A stretch of 63,818 bases of DNA, filler included, from Octopus bimaculoides (Eukaryota): the NCBI RefSeq assembly GCF_001194135.2. It is 6 parts of 6 records of this genome, joined end to end, with 100 filler letters (N's around TTAATTAATTAA, not from the genome) between each part and the next. Parts side by side here need not be neighbours in the genome. Positions count along the whole stretch, not along the records: positions 35,179 to 51,365 come from NC_068981.1; positions 51,466 to 55,594 come from NC_068991.1; positions 55,695 to 62,694 come from NC_069005.1; 3 more parts are not named here. One strand, given 5' to 3'. How positions within the stretch are numbered: position 1 is the first letter of the stretch; the number at the start of each line of letters is the position of its first letter. Made by a program: the position numbers and the translations under genes. The notes beneath the pieces were generated by a model, which was not told the DNA's origin, searched no databases, and saw nothing but the letters and a program-made list of their open reading frames with translations. Of this stretch, positions 50,422 through 61,855 are shown in pieces.

Positions 50422-50934
50422 TTTATTATTTTTAGAATTTGTCTATATTCATTTTATTATAAATGCAAAACAACACCTCGGAGGAATCGACGTAAGCTTA
50501 AATAACAAACCGCAATAGGGCGAGAGATTACTGTACGTCATAAAATGATATATTCCTCCTTGTACAGTAGAAAGCCCAACTAGGGTCAATCAAGGAACCT
50601 TACAGATCCAGAATTACCTTGACCATCAAAGGTACGAGCCTTTTCTCTTGCTCACCAATCTACGGGCGCAATCTACTTAAAGCAAGACCATTCACTCTAC
50701 AGCTTAGGAAAACACGTCGCTCCGGTTCACTCGACTGTAAATGAGTAACCCTGTGAAGGACTGGGGTCCCGTTTAGCGGGTATGTTGTGACCTCGGACAC
50801 TTACACGCCATGGAAACCGAGTAACAGGTTATATGAAGCCCTGGGCTCAGGACAGTGATGTCCAGAGGCTTTACTATTATTTTTTTATTTGTTTACTTGC
50901 TTCAGTCATTTAACTATTTCGAAGGAGATGATGT

Positions 50935-51365
50935 TTGGCTGTGTGGTATGTCGCTTGCTTACCAACCACATGGTTCAGGGTTCAGTCACACTGCGTTGCA
51001 CCTTGAGCAAATGTCTTCTACTATAGCCTCGGACCTATCAAAGCCTTGTGATATATATCTGTGTGTGTGTGTGTGTGTGTGTTTGTGTTTGTCCCCACAA
51101 CATTGCTTGACAACCGATGCTGGTGTGTTTACGTCCCCCGTAACTTAGCGGTTCGGCAAAAGACACGGATAGATTAAGTACTAGGTTTACAAAGAATAAG
51201 TCCTGGGGTCGATTTGCTCGACTAAAGGTGGTGTAAGCCTAGTACTTATTCTACCGGTCTCCTTTACCGAACCGCTAAGTTACGGGGACGTAAACACACC
51301 AGCATCGGTTGTCAAGCGATGTTGGGGGGAACAATCACAGACACACAAACATATACACACACATA
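50935..51365. mobile_element. SINE family C (+, 50935-51234) directly followed by an inverted copy of its 3' part (-, 51235-51365)
   Basis: ttgacaaccgatgctggtgtgtttacgtcccccgtaacttagcggttcgg pairs with ccgaaccgctaagttacggggacgtaaacacaccagcatcggttgtcaa. Confidence 0.85.
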
Positions 51366-51465
51366 NNNNNNNNNNNNNNNNNNNNNNNNNNNNNNNNNNN
51401 NNNNNNNNNTTAATTAATTAANNNNNNNNNNNNNNNNNNNNNNNNNNNNNNNNNNNNNNNNNNNN

Positions 51466-51795
51466 TTAGTTAAAAGTAGCAATATAGCACTAGATAAAGC
51501 CAATGAAATAAGAGAACTAGACGAAAGCCAACCATACAAGTAATTAAGAGTCAATGAACTAGATAGGATACAACATACACAAATGAAAGAAACAATAAAG
51601 AAAGAGTACTATAGACGAGTTAGATCAATACTAAAAACAGAGCTCAATGCTAAAAACAAGATAATGGGTATCAACACTTTAGCTGTCTCAGTAAACATAA
51701 GAGCACCACAGCAAACCACAGCACATACCCAAGGCGCACAGAGCTGCGCTCGGTAGTGAAGTGAAAGCACGTTATAAAAATAAAACTACTGAACA
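51466..51795 (+). mobile_element. R4/Dong-like LINE, internally deleted, with (TAA)n tail
   Basis: PYK*LRVNE...MKETIKKEYYRRVRSILKTELNAKNKIMGINTLAV (post-RT region), then 3' UTR ...aaaataaaactactgaac(aat)n. Confidence 0.75.
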
Positions 51796-51835
51796 ATAAT
51801 AATAATAATAATGATAATAATAATTACAATTATAA

Positions 51836-52108
51836 ATGAAGAAGGCGAAGGTAATGTCAATTATTGTTCGGTTCTTGGGAGCAGTATCAGAAAGCTTCAA
51901 GAAAAATATAAAGGAAATTGGAATAGAGTACCCAGTTGAAAGGTCACAAACGGTTTGTCTCTTTGGCACAGCCAGAATAATCAGGAAAGTATTAGATAGC
52001 TGAAAAGAACGAATAGCATGGTACCGTAGGCTGCAGTTAGGGCCGCTACGCATGCAAGACTCCAGGAGCTCTAACAAAACCTATGATAAAGAGATAATAC
52101 ATATAGTA

Positions 52109-52160
<52 letters not shown>
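51836..52160 (+). mobile_element. Second R4/Dong-like 3' fragment ending in (TAA)n
   Basis: MKKAKVMSIIVRFLGAVSESFKKNIKEIGIEYPVERSQTVCLFGTARIIRKVLDS* (51836-52003), the typical ..LLGTARI.RKVL terminus. Confidence 0.75.
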
Positions 52161-52162
<2 letters not shown>

Positions 52163-52249
52163 TATACATACACATACACACACACACGCACACTCATACA
52201 CTCGCGCGCTCATACACACACACATATGATGGACTCTCCCGTCGTTAGA

Positions 52250-52530
52250 CGACGTATGAGGGTCCGACAATATCTTAGCAAACAAACACACAGATGATTT
52301 GTTTATAGTAGGCATAAGCTCACACACTCCATCAGATCGACATTACCTGTACAGGTACAACAGGTGCAACAGGTACCACATGTCAGATGTCAGATGTCGG
52401 AATGACCAAAGAGCGACGTGAGATGAAGTGCTTTTGTCAGGAACACAACGCAACGCCCGGTCTCGGAATCGAACCCACAATCTAGTAATCGTGAGTGCAA
52501 CACCTTAACCATTAAGCCATGAGCTTTCAC
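52250..52530 (-). mobile_element. tRNA-derived SINE (family A/B-related)
   Basis: Reverse head atggcttaatggttaaggtgttgcactcacga...gggttcgattccgagaccgggcgttgcgttg. Confidence 0.65.
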
Positions 52531-52544
52531 ACGCACGCCCGAGC

Positions 52545-52585
<41 letters not shown>

Positions 52586-54206
52586 CACACACACATACAC
52601 ACACACACATATCAAATAACAAACATATATATTAAAAACATTGTAATAATCTTCGATAGTTTGTGTATAGCTAAAACCTCAACAACGTATTATTGAAAAA
52701 TGAAAAAGAATATTATATAAAACTAGAATACACATGAAATATGTAAAATATGAGCTTCCTTCATTCGCAGCCATTAAATTCTGAATATGCATCTTCCTAA
52801 TTATGAGCATAAATGAAATAAAAAAGAATGAAACAAAAAAGCAAAACTAGAGGTAGTTTTGTAAAAAGCTACATAAATAATAATACATATAATAAACCAA
52901 CGTTTAAATCATTCTTCCACCTTTGTCAATTATTGCTTTATTCTTCGGCCTACAAGATATATATTAGTACCTTAATTCTTTAAAAGTCTTACATTATTTC
53001 AATAAATATTTCACTGTTTCTCTCTCTAGTAGTTATTTCGTTTATAAAATCATTTCACATTTTGTTTGAAATGATCCTACATTGTTTCTAATGTTTCCGA
53101 ATATCTTATTCAATGTACATTTTTATAATATATACTATTTATCTCATGTAATTTAGTATAATTCCTAACACTGTTATATATTTACATTGTCGTTCCGACA
53201 TAGATCTCTTAAAAGTAATGAACAACATAGTTTATAGGAATTTTTATGCATAAGAGATGACTACATCTCTTTAATGTTTGTCAGTTGAATATTTTAACAA
53301 TTCTATACAAACAGGATGACAAAGAGGGCTAGTTATACTTCAACTAAACCGTAGTTAGCCGGAAGCTGTTTATCAATATTGACTTAACTTTGTTCACAGC
53401 ACAAATGCTGACTACTTTCCTCTTCATTTTTCCATACATTTTGGAGAAAATCAGAAACGATCTCAAACACGTATTAAACAAATATTCCTAGGATCAAAAT
53501 TTAAAAGGCAATGTCTTCCATACAATACCAAAAAAAAAAAACAACTAAAGATATACAATGACTCTTGAATTCACTGATAGCAATAGAGATTTTTTTTTTC
53601 TTAAACATATAAAAAAATTCAAATAATGTATCACATTAATCTGTCTCCATGATATTAGATAAACTGTGTAAACTGTTGCCCTCCTCCTTGTAATGGAAGT
53701 CTGAATAACATGAAATCATTGAGGCAAAACATAAAAAAATCATTAATTATTAATTTGATTTTTTTTTTTTTTAAAAGAAGTCACCATTTTTAATTTTTGC
53801 TTTCATTTGTTTTAGCATTTTATTATCTGTAGTATTGTAGTTGCTAGAGCGTCACTACCAATGTTCATTGGTTCACTCCTACTGAAACATATCTAATAGT
53901 GATGATTGAACCATTAGTTTGGGATGATTCAGTTGCCTAATGAAATTTCATCTAACGTCATTGTCACTATGGTATGGAGACAGCTAGGCATTCAAAAAAG
54001 ATTTTCTGTCTCTGAATCCATTTAGAAAGATATCACAAACAAACCTGTCAACTACAGTGAGTGGGAGAAAGAGCCGAGTCTCCCGACAAACAACAAGATA
54101 CTGCATTATCGGAGTAATCTGTTTTTCACACAGTACTTGAAATATATCTGTTATTTTTTTATAACGAATTACAAGCAAATTCTCTAAGACCCATTAACGT
54201 ATAAGT

Positions 54207-54238
<32 letters not shown>

Positions 54239-56403
54239 GAGTGTTTGTGTGTGTGTCTGTGTATTCGTGTGTGTGCGTGCGTGCGTGCGTGTGAGTGCGT
54301 GTGTGCGTGCGTGTGTGTGCATGTGTGTGCGTGCATACGTGTGTGTGTGTCTGTGTGGGCGTGTCTGTATGGATGCTTACTAAATCGTTCTACACGAAAT
54401 TTTAATGCTAAAACCAAACCATCACTTTGCATATTACATACAGATGTGGCATAATCTCGTAAAATTGCAAATATCATTCACTGGAAAAAAGATAGTAAAC
54501 CTCGTTGAATTAAATATCTGTTCTGCTAAGATGGTACTCATTAATGATCGGATAGTGGTTGATGTTTTACTGCATCACAAATTCAAGCTTGTATTAGCAC
54601 ATCGGACGTGACCAACTATGAATGTTTCCGGGACTTAATTATCTCATATTTTATTTTCTTTATTTAGGCGTGAGAAATCAAAAAAGACTTTGTTAATATT
54701 TTTCAATAGTCAAATCACCTGTGAGTTAATCTTCCTTCTCTCGCATTCAATTTGCTATTACTATGTAATAGAGGTAACAGCAAGTTGTATTCAACGAAAT
54801 ACCAACATTTAAAATCAAGATCCCTACATACTCTTACACAACTGGTTGGTGATTTGGTCCTATAAAGCGGTGTAAATTTGGTACATATGTTTATGTACCA
54901 TAACATACCTGATGTATATATTTATGGATAACAAAACGCTTTCAACAATATAAAAGAAATTTCGCATCTCATATGAAAGCTTTTCACTTGAACTGAACCA
55001 CGGATTCTCAAGAAATCATCTGCATCATTTCATTAGTTCAAATTTGTCTTTCGACGAAGGAATATATTTGTGTGAAATAATAAATTCGTTTTAGTTATAT
55101 TTATATAAATAATGAAAGTATACATATTGAATAATGAAAGTATTATATGAAATTGACTCTGAGAACCCCAGAGGCCGCTTTATCGGCTTCCACATTGTAC
55201 TGTTAACAAATACCCCATTAGCCGCTTTACCGGCTTCCGCGTTCTACTGTTTACCCAAAGGTTCGCTATTCCGGTCACCAGCTGCTGATACAAATACCTT
55301 AGCGGCTGCTTTACTGCCCAGTATTTTCTGCATTGGAAAACCAGAAAGTAACTGCTGGTTCGACTGGCAGCACAAGAGCCAGTATTGGCGATAAAAAAAA
55401 TGTAAGGAAAGAATACAAGTGTTAGGACAATGTTGCTCTCTATTTGACATTTTATTTCAATATGAGAAACATAAAACACATTTTAGTGACACTGAAACAA
55501 TATTAGGTGAGAAATTATTATTTTTTTTTTGGCTCTTTTACCTAGGTAACCTGAGGTGAGGGTTCCGAGGACAATAGGTATCTGTTGTTCAAAGNNNNNN
55601 NNNNNNNNNNNNNNNNNNNNNNNNNNNNNNNNNNNNNNTTAATTAATTAANNNNNNNNNNNNNNNNNNNNNNNNNNNNNNNNNNNNNNNNNNNNATATAT
55701 ATATATATATACGCCGCATATATATTAAATGCAGTCGAACGATGTAGCGTTGAATAAAATATGTGAAAGTACGAAGACAATTCCACGCGCTCATTTAGAC
55801 ACGGACGTGGGGGGACTTCTAGAAGCAGGAATAAGGCCGGGTGAAATCTCCCTCACAAATGACGCGTGTGAAAACACGACGGGCTATGAATGATGTGATC
55901 GGGCCGTGGGACTCATGTAGTCATTTCTTTATGTTATTTCATTATGCGTCAGCAGCCGAAAATACTAGATTCGTCCTTCAGATTTCTGATTTGTAAGGAC
56001 AGAAAATAGCAATGTAAACCTGACTAACTTTCCTTCCCTACATACATACATCGCTACATACATACATACATACATCTCTAAAAATAGCCAAACAACTACT
56101 ACTGCTGTCCACAGGAATGTATGTAAAGGACAAAAGGCGGCCAGTCAAATACAGTTGAAAAATTCCTGTCACAACATGGGACCTTGAAGACTGCTAAAAT
56201 GCAAGAAAGTATACTAGTCCTTTAATATTTGATATTTAATATTCAATATTTCATTTATTCAATAACACAATCAATAGTTCATTTCATTTTACTATATATA
56301 CTATATATTCTATATCTTACGTTAATATTATAATAATATAAATAAAACAGTTGGACATCTTTTTAATAATATATTCCTCTACACACTATCATACAAACCC
56401 CTT

Positions 56404-56450
<47 letters not shown>

Positions 56451-57107
56451 CTGCGAGAAGGTATATGTATTTTTTTGTCTGTATGGTGTTAAGTATGCGT
56501 TCTTATCAGTTTTATAAAATTGTACCCTTCACATAAATATATATANNNNNNNNNNNNNNNNNNNNNNNNNNNNNNNNNNNNNNNNNNNNNNNNNNNNNNN
56601 NNNNNNNNNNNNNNNNNNNNNNNNNNNNNNNNNNNNNNNNNNNNNNNNNNNNNNNNNNNNNNNNNNNNNNNNNNNNNNNNNNNNNNNNNNNNNNNNNNNN
56701 NNNNNNNNNNNNNNNNNNNNNNNNNNNNNNNNNNNNNNNNNNNNNNNNNNNNNNNNNNNNNNNNNNNNNNNNNNNNNNNNNNNNNNNNNNNNNNNNNNNN
56801 NNNNNNNNNNNNNNNNNNNNNNNNNNNNNNNNNNNNNNNNNNNNNNNNNNNNNNNNNNNNNNNNNNNNNNNNNNNNNNNNNNNNNNNNNNNNNNNNNNNN
56901 NNNNNNNNNNNNNNNNNNNNNNNNNNNNNNNNNNNNNNNNNNNNNNNNNNNNNNNNNNNNNNNNNNNNNNNNNNNNNNNNNNNNNNNNNNNNNNNNNNNN
57001 NNNNNNNNNNNNNNNNNNNNNNNNNNNNNNNNNNNNNNNNNNNNNNNNNNNNNNNNNNNNNNNNNNNNNNNNNNNNNNNNNNTGTGTGTGTGTGTGTGTG
57101 TATAATG

Positions 57108-57768
57108 AGTATATAAATTATCCAGGCGGGTACCGTACGAGCACTCAGGTATAGTCCAGAGTCTGTAGTGGCGCTGGGTTACCTCAAGTTCGCCACCAGT
57201 TTGGCGCTCTGTGGCGACAACAATTGGGAGCAGAAATCTAGACAACTGAGAATGAAGGTTCTCCATAAGAGTAGCATGGTATCCTTTTTTTTTCTGATTC
57301 TGAATGGTCCCAGAATCCATCGAGCTATTCGCCTGTACAATGTTGCCATCTTGGTAATATGGGAATGCTGCATCATTATTCGTGTGGATTCCCAGGTCAC
57401 GCATTGACTCTGACTCTAAGATTGCACCACATTCCGGTCGTGTGTATTCCGATTGTAGTACGCTTGTGAGTCAATGGTGGAGTGCTTGAAACCTCTCAGC
57501 ATTGAACTGCATGTTATACCCATCAGCCCGTGTGTGTAATGCATGCCGGTCGTTTTATAGTTTTGGTATGTCATCAGGGTCCTTGACCACCTGCGATACT
57601 TTCGTATCATCGGCGTAATTAGTGAGAGTCGTTGACTGTATGACTGAAAGAGCCACCACAAAGAGCCGCCGCAAACAGTAATGGTCCCAGTACAGTTCCT
57701 TGAACGACTCCACTGCGGATTGATGTCTCCCCCGAGGGTGCACCATTGGCTGCAACAGTCTGGCATAA
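57108..57768 (-). mobile_element. CR1/L2-type LINE reverse-transcriptase fragment, frameshifted
   Basis: QTVAANGAPSGETSIRSGVVQGTVLGPLLF, NYADDTKV..LQNDWDALHTWA..YNMQFNAERFQAL and LLLWRTFILSCLDFCSQLLSP. Confidence 0.85.
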
Positions 57769-57811
<43 letters not shown>

Positions 57812-57911
57812 NNNNNNNNNNNNNNNNNNNNNNNNNNNNNNNNNNNNNNNNNNNNNNNNNNNNNNNNNNNNNNNNNNNNNNNNNNNNNNNNNNNNNNNNN
57901 NNNNNNNNNNN

Positions 57912-58337
57912 GGCAGCGGACTCGCGGTCGTAGGATCGCAGTTTCGATTCCCAGACCGAGCGATGTGAGTGTTTATCGAGCGAAAACACCTAAAGTTCCA
58001 CAAGGCTCCAGCAGGAGATGGCAGGTGAACCCTGTTGTACTCTTTCACCACAACTTTCTCTTACTTCTTGTTTCTGTTGTACCTGTAATTCAAAGGGGCC
58101 AGNNNNNNNNNNCTTTCTGTTTCTGTTGTACCTGTATTTCAAAGGGGACAGCCTTGTCACACTCTGTGTCACGCTGAATCTCCCTGAGAACTACATTAAT
58201 GTAACACGTGTCTGTGGGGTGCTCAGCCACTTGCACGTTAATTTCACGAGCAGGCTGTTTCCGTTGATCGGATCAACGGGAACCCTCGTCGTCGTAACCG
58301 ACGGAGTGNNNNNNNNNNCGTAACCGACGGAGTGCCA
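57912..58337 (+). mobile_element. SINE family A (with duplicated overlaps across 10-N gaps)
   Basis: ggcagcggactcgcggtcgtaggatcgc ... gtcgtaaccgacggagtgccaaacac. Confidence 0.85.
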
Positions 58338-58614
58338 AACACCAACAAACAACACAGATGCAGTGTTGCCAGAAAAAAAAATCTCTCTCGCAACAAAAAA
58401 CACGTTTTTTATATAATTTTACTTATGCCTAATGAGTCCTCATTACCGACAATAATTTCCTTTTTACCCCCACCTTCACCCCCCACCCTTGGGATAATTT
58501 ATTCAGATTCGTCGACCCCTGGTCTAAACAAATCCATTTTAACAGCATTTCTCTGACAGACCAGAGGCGGTTTAATTTAACTAATCTGGGACCGTCACGG
58601 TAATTAGACGGTTG

Positions 58615-58686
58615 GTCGTGATCGTCTAGTGGTTAGGATCCCACGTTGTGTCCGTGGTAACCCAGGTTCGAATCCTGGTCACGGCA
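58615..58686 (+). tRNA. tRNA-His (anticodon GTG), variant
   Basis: 72-nt cloverleaf: GTCGTGA/TCACGGC acceptor stem, A73, A-box TAGTGGTTAG, anticodon arm CCACG-TTGTGTC-CGTGG, T arm CCAGG-TTCGAAT-CCTGG, TTTT terminator at 58698-58701. Three differences from the invertebrate tRNA-His consensus as I recall it (U2, U25, U37). Confidence 0.88.
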
Positions 58687-58719
58687 GTCTAGTTTCCTTT
58701 TGATTTCAGATGTTCTTCA

Positions 58720-58885
58720 CCAACGGTGCAGAATCCTTACCCAAGGCAGTGTAGTTATAAGTTAATTCTAGATATCCTACGACTTCAGGTTCGAATTCTG
58801 TTCATGGCAGTGCAACTTAACTTTTGTTTCAAAATAATTTTAAACGTCTTTTGGCATCAGGATCGAATCCTGGTCGAAGTAAAAC
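58720..58885 (+). repeat. Three degenerate 60-70 bp tandem copies of the tRNA-His T-arm/3' trailer
   Basis: Original caggttcgaatcctggtcacggcagtctagtt (58663) echoed by ggtgcagaatccttacccaaggcagtgtagtt (58725), caggttcgaattctgttcatggcagt (58786) and caggatcgaatcctggtc (58858). Confidence 0.6.
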
Positions 58886-59016
58886 TTAATTTTGCTTTAA
58901 AGTTAAGACATCCCTGTTCACCGACCCCTGTCTAGTTTAATGTCAGAATAAACAGTTGGAATGGTCAGTAATCTCGCCATTTCTATTTCTTTCTTTTTCT
59001 TTTTTTTTTTTTACAG

Positions 59017-59220
59017 ACAATTACTTCAGACCTACTTTCGTCATCTTCTTGGTACTGGTCAGTTATCCAAGTCTACTGTTCTGTGCACTGAGGCAGAACA
59101 CTTGCGATGAAGGGCATACCAAGTCAGCCATCCAGTCGGCCGGTCAAGCGTTGATTGTCGGTGTGTTCTCGTTTCATAACAAGGGCTCTGGAAAATATGG
59201 ATGTGGAGAAACTAATACAG
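59017..59220 (+). CDS. Class C GPCR-like exon: signal peptide and start of Venus flytrap domain (phase 1/1; start codon lies upstream)
   Basis: Long T tract + acag| ... ACA G|gtaagt. Encodes NYFRPTFVIFLVLVSYPSLLFCA (hydrophobic) ... GQALIVGVFSFHNKGSGKYGCGE, like the mGluR GDIxIGGLFPVH..C motif. Confidence 0.8.
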
Positions 59221-60085
59221 GTAAGTAGAGAGAGGAGGAGAGAAGAAGAGAGAGGAGGAGAGAAGAAGAGAGAGAGAGTGAGAAAGAAAGAGAAAGAAAG
59301 AGAAAGAAAGAGAAAGACAGAGGGTGGAAATGAAAACGGGTGAAGGAGTAGAAAGGTGAAGAGAGAAAGAGAGAGAGAGTGAGAGGAGCTTGAGAGGGGA
59401 TATAAAAGTAAATAGAGAGAGAGGGGGGAAATCAAATGGAAGAGGAGACGAATGAGGAGGCGAGAAGAAAGAGAAAGTAGGAAGGGGAGATAAAAAGGGA
59501 GAGAGAGATTATATACTTATGCATGTATATANNNNNNNNNNNNNNNNNNNNNNNNNNNNNNNNNNNNNNNNNNNNNNNNNNNNNNNNNNNNNNNNNNNNN
59601 NNNNNNNNNNNNNNNNNNNNNNNNNNNNNNNNNNNNNNNNNNNNNNNNNNNNNNNNNNNNNNNNNNNNNNNNNNNNNNNNNNNNNNNNNNNNNNNNNNNN
59701 NNNNNNNNNNNNNNNNNNNNNNNNNNNNNNNNNNNNNNNNNNNNNNNNNNNNNNNNNNNNNNNNNNNNNNNNNNNNNNNNNNNNNNNNNNNNNNNNNNNN
59801 NNNNNTGTGTGTGTGTATGTATGTATGTATGTATATATACATGCATATATACATGGATATCATATTTATGTGACGTATATATATATATATGTGTGTACGT
59901 GCGTGTGTGTGTATACAATACATATACGTGCATATATTATGAATGTATGTATGCATGTCAGTGTAAATATGATTTCTATACACGCATGTATAAGTACGTA
60001 TATATGTGTATGAGTGTGTATGTATGTACGTATGCATCTATCTCTCATTCTCCATCTCACTCTTTCCCCCTCTCTCTCTCCTTCC

Positions 60086-60087
<2 letters not shown>

Positions 60088-60180
<93 letters not shown>
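60088..60180. repeat. (TG)n microsatellite in GPCR intron
   Basis: Direct reading. Confidence 0.95.
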
Positions 60181-60184
<4 letters not shown>

Positions 60185-60259
60185 CGTGCGTGTGTGCGTG
60201 CGTGAGTACAATACCAATAAAGAGTAAAACATCATTTGTCTTTCCTACATCCGTTTTAG

Positions 60260-60373
60260 TGTCGATGCAGGCGTATGAAGCGATCCGGTGGACCCTCGAT
60301 TTATTGAACAAGAAAGGAGAGTATTTCAATGGACAATATTTAGCTGATAGCTATGTACCTGGAATACTTTTGG
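60260..60373 (+). CDS. Class C GPCR-like exon (phase 1/1)
   Basis: ccgttttag|TG TCG ATG...TTG G|gtaagt. Encodes SMQAYEAIRWTLDLLNKKGEYFNGQYLADSYVPGILL, like mGluR IQRLEAMLFAIDEIN....LPNITLG. Confidence 0.85.
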
Positions 60374-61021
60374 GTAAGTAATTGATGTCTTCTGGAGATT
60401 ATGTGCCCAACATGCGACTTGCTATGACAGTGCAGACGACCGAGTGGACTGACGGACGCAGCGGATTGGCCAAGGCGCCATTGTTTCGTTATATTTAGTT
60501 TCTTGTGTCCGAACAACAATTAGACCAATTGTTTATACCTCCGTTCGTGTGTTGTTGTTGATGATGATGATGATGATTAAATTGGAGAAAACTCAATAAT
60601 TTTTCTTAATTACATATTTATAGTACTTTTACATACTTAGAAGTATGTATATATATATATATATGTACATATATATATGTATATATATATATACATATAT
60701 ATTCATATATATATATACATGTATAAATATATATATATGTATATATACATATTTATCTATATATATATATATGTGTGTGTGTGTGTATGCATGTATGTGT
60801 GCACGTATGTGTGTGCACGTGTATGTATATACATACATATATATATATATGCATATTTATATATATAGTATATAATATATATATAGCATATATATGTGTG
60901 TGTGTGTGTGTGTGTTTACACATATACATTTATGTATGCATGTATGTATTTGTATGTGTATGTATGTATGAATGTATATTAGTATATTAGTATATTGAAC
61001 GTATGTTTGAAATTCTTGCAG

Positions 61022-61156
61022 GTATGGTAGCCAAGGATTACTGCGACCAGACGTCACATGTTAACGTGATTCTCCAGGAGGCCATCGCAGAAATTGATGC
61101 CGAAAATTGCAACTTACCACCCGGACGAAGACTAACCGAATCGAAAATGTTTCTGG
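61022..61156 (+). CDS. Class C GPCR-like exon (phase 1/1)
   Basis: ttcttgcag|GT ATG GTA...CTG G|gtaaat. Encodes GMVAKDYCDQTSHVNVILQEAIAEIDAENCNLPPGRRLTESKMFL; DYC matches the class C DTC motif. Confidence 0.82.
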
Positions 61157-61855
61157 GTAAATATTCCAATTTAACCAATCAACAATCTTCCATTTAATTT
61201 ATTCAAAGTATATGATTAAATGAATGAATAAATAAATAAAACGGAGAATGGCAAACATTGGACAAACATGTGTAGACACATGCATGTACATGTAACACTT
61301 TCATAAATTCACAAATGTAACACTTGAACTGTCTCCTGGCATCACCAACCGAGTTGTAACCTCATGTATTTTACCATGCTTGGTCAGGCCGTCAGCTGAT
61401 TTTCAAAAGAAAATGATACTCGTTACATACATGCATACATACATGCATACATACATACATACATACATGATGGCTGTTCGCTCGTGACCGAGGAAGACCA
61501 TCACTGACCATTAAGACAAAATTATACATACATACACTCAGACAAAATTGTGCATACATACACACAAATACATTCACTAATGTGAATGGATGTGTAGCAA
61601 GAAGGAGTTTTAAAACCCGTTTCAACCAACACAGACAAATAATGATGAATATTACTGCACACTTCTGTCGAATACTTTTCCTTTAATTAAATATTGATTT
61701 TAAAAATTTATTTATTTACTTACATCTTCGTTTCTTTGTTCTCTCTCCCCCTCTCCCCTTCTCTCCCCTTCTCTCCTCTTTTTTGATAAAACATTGTTTT
61801 TAGAAGGCTTCTTCTAAACGGTAAAGAATTAATTATTCTTTATTTTACTATCAAG

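Noticed and set aside
53899-54014. C box (GTGATGA) and downstream CTGA suggesting a C/D snoRNA
   Set aside because: No terminal stem and no recognisable rRNA antisense element; such motifs are common by chance.
58080-58335. Apparent internal duplications in the SINE at 57912-58337
   Set aside because: The duplicated words flank 10-N gaps, so they are unmerged contig overlaps rather than biology.
2536-58686. Functional linkage between a tRNA-modifying enzyme (ALKBH8) and the tRNA-His gene
   Set aside because: They are separated by artificial linkers, and ALKBH8 acts on wobble-U tRNAs, not tRNA-His (G34).
5768-60381. Many long ORFs in the supplied track (poly-X, YIYI, HTHT, CVCV, poly-K/E/F/S)
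   Set aside because: They are produced by N gaps and microsatellites. Only the 3' end of ORF 59809-60381 is real (GPCR exon).
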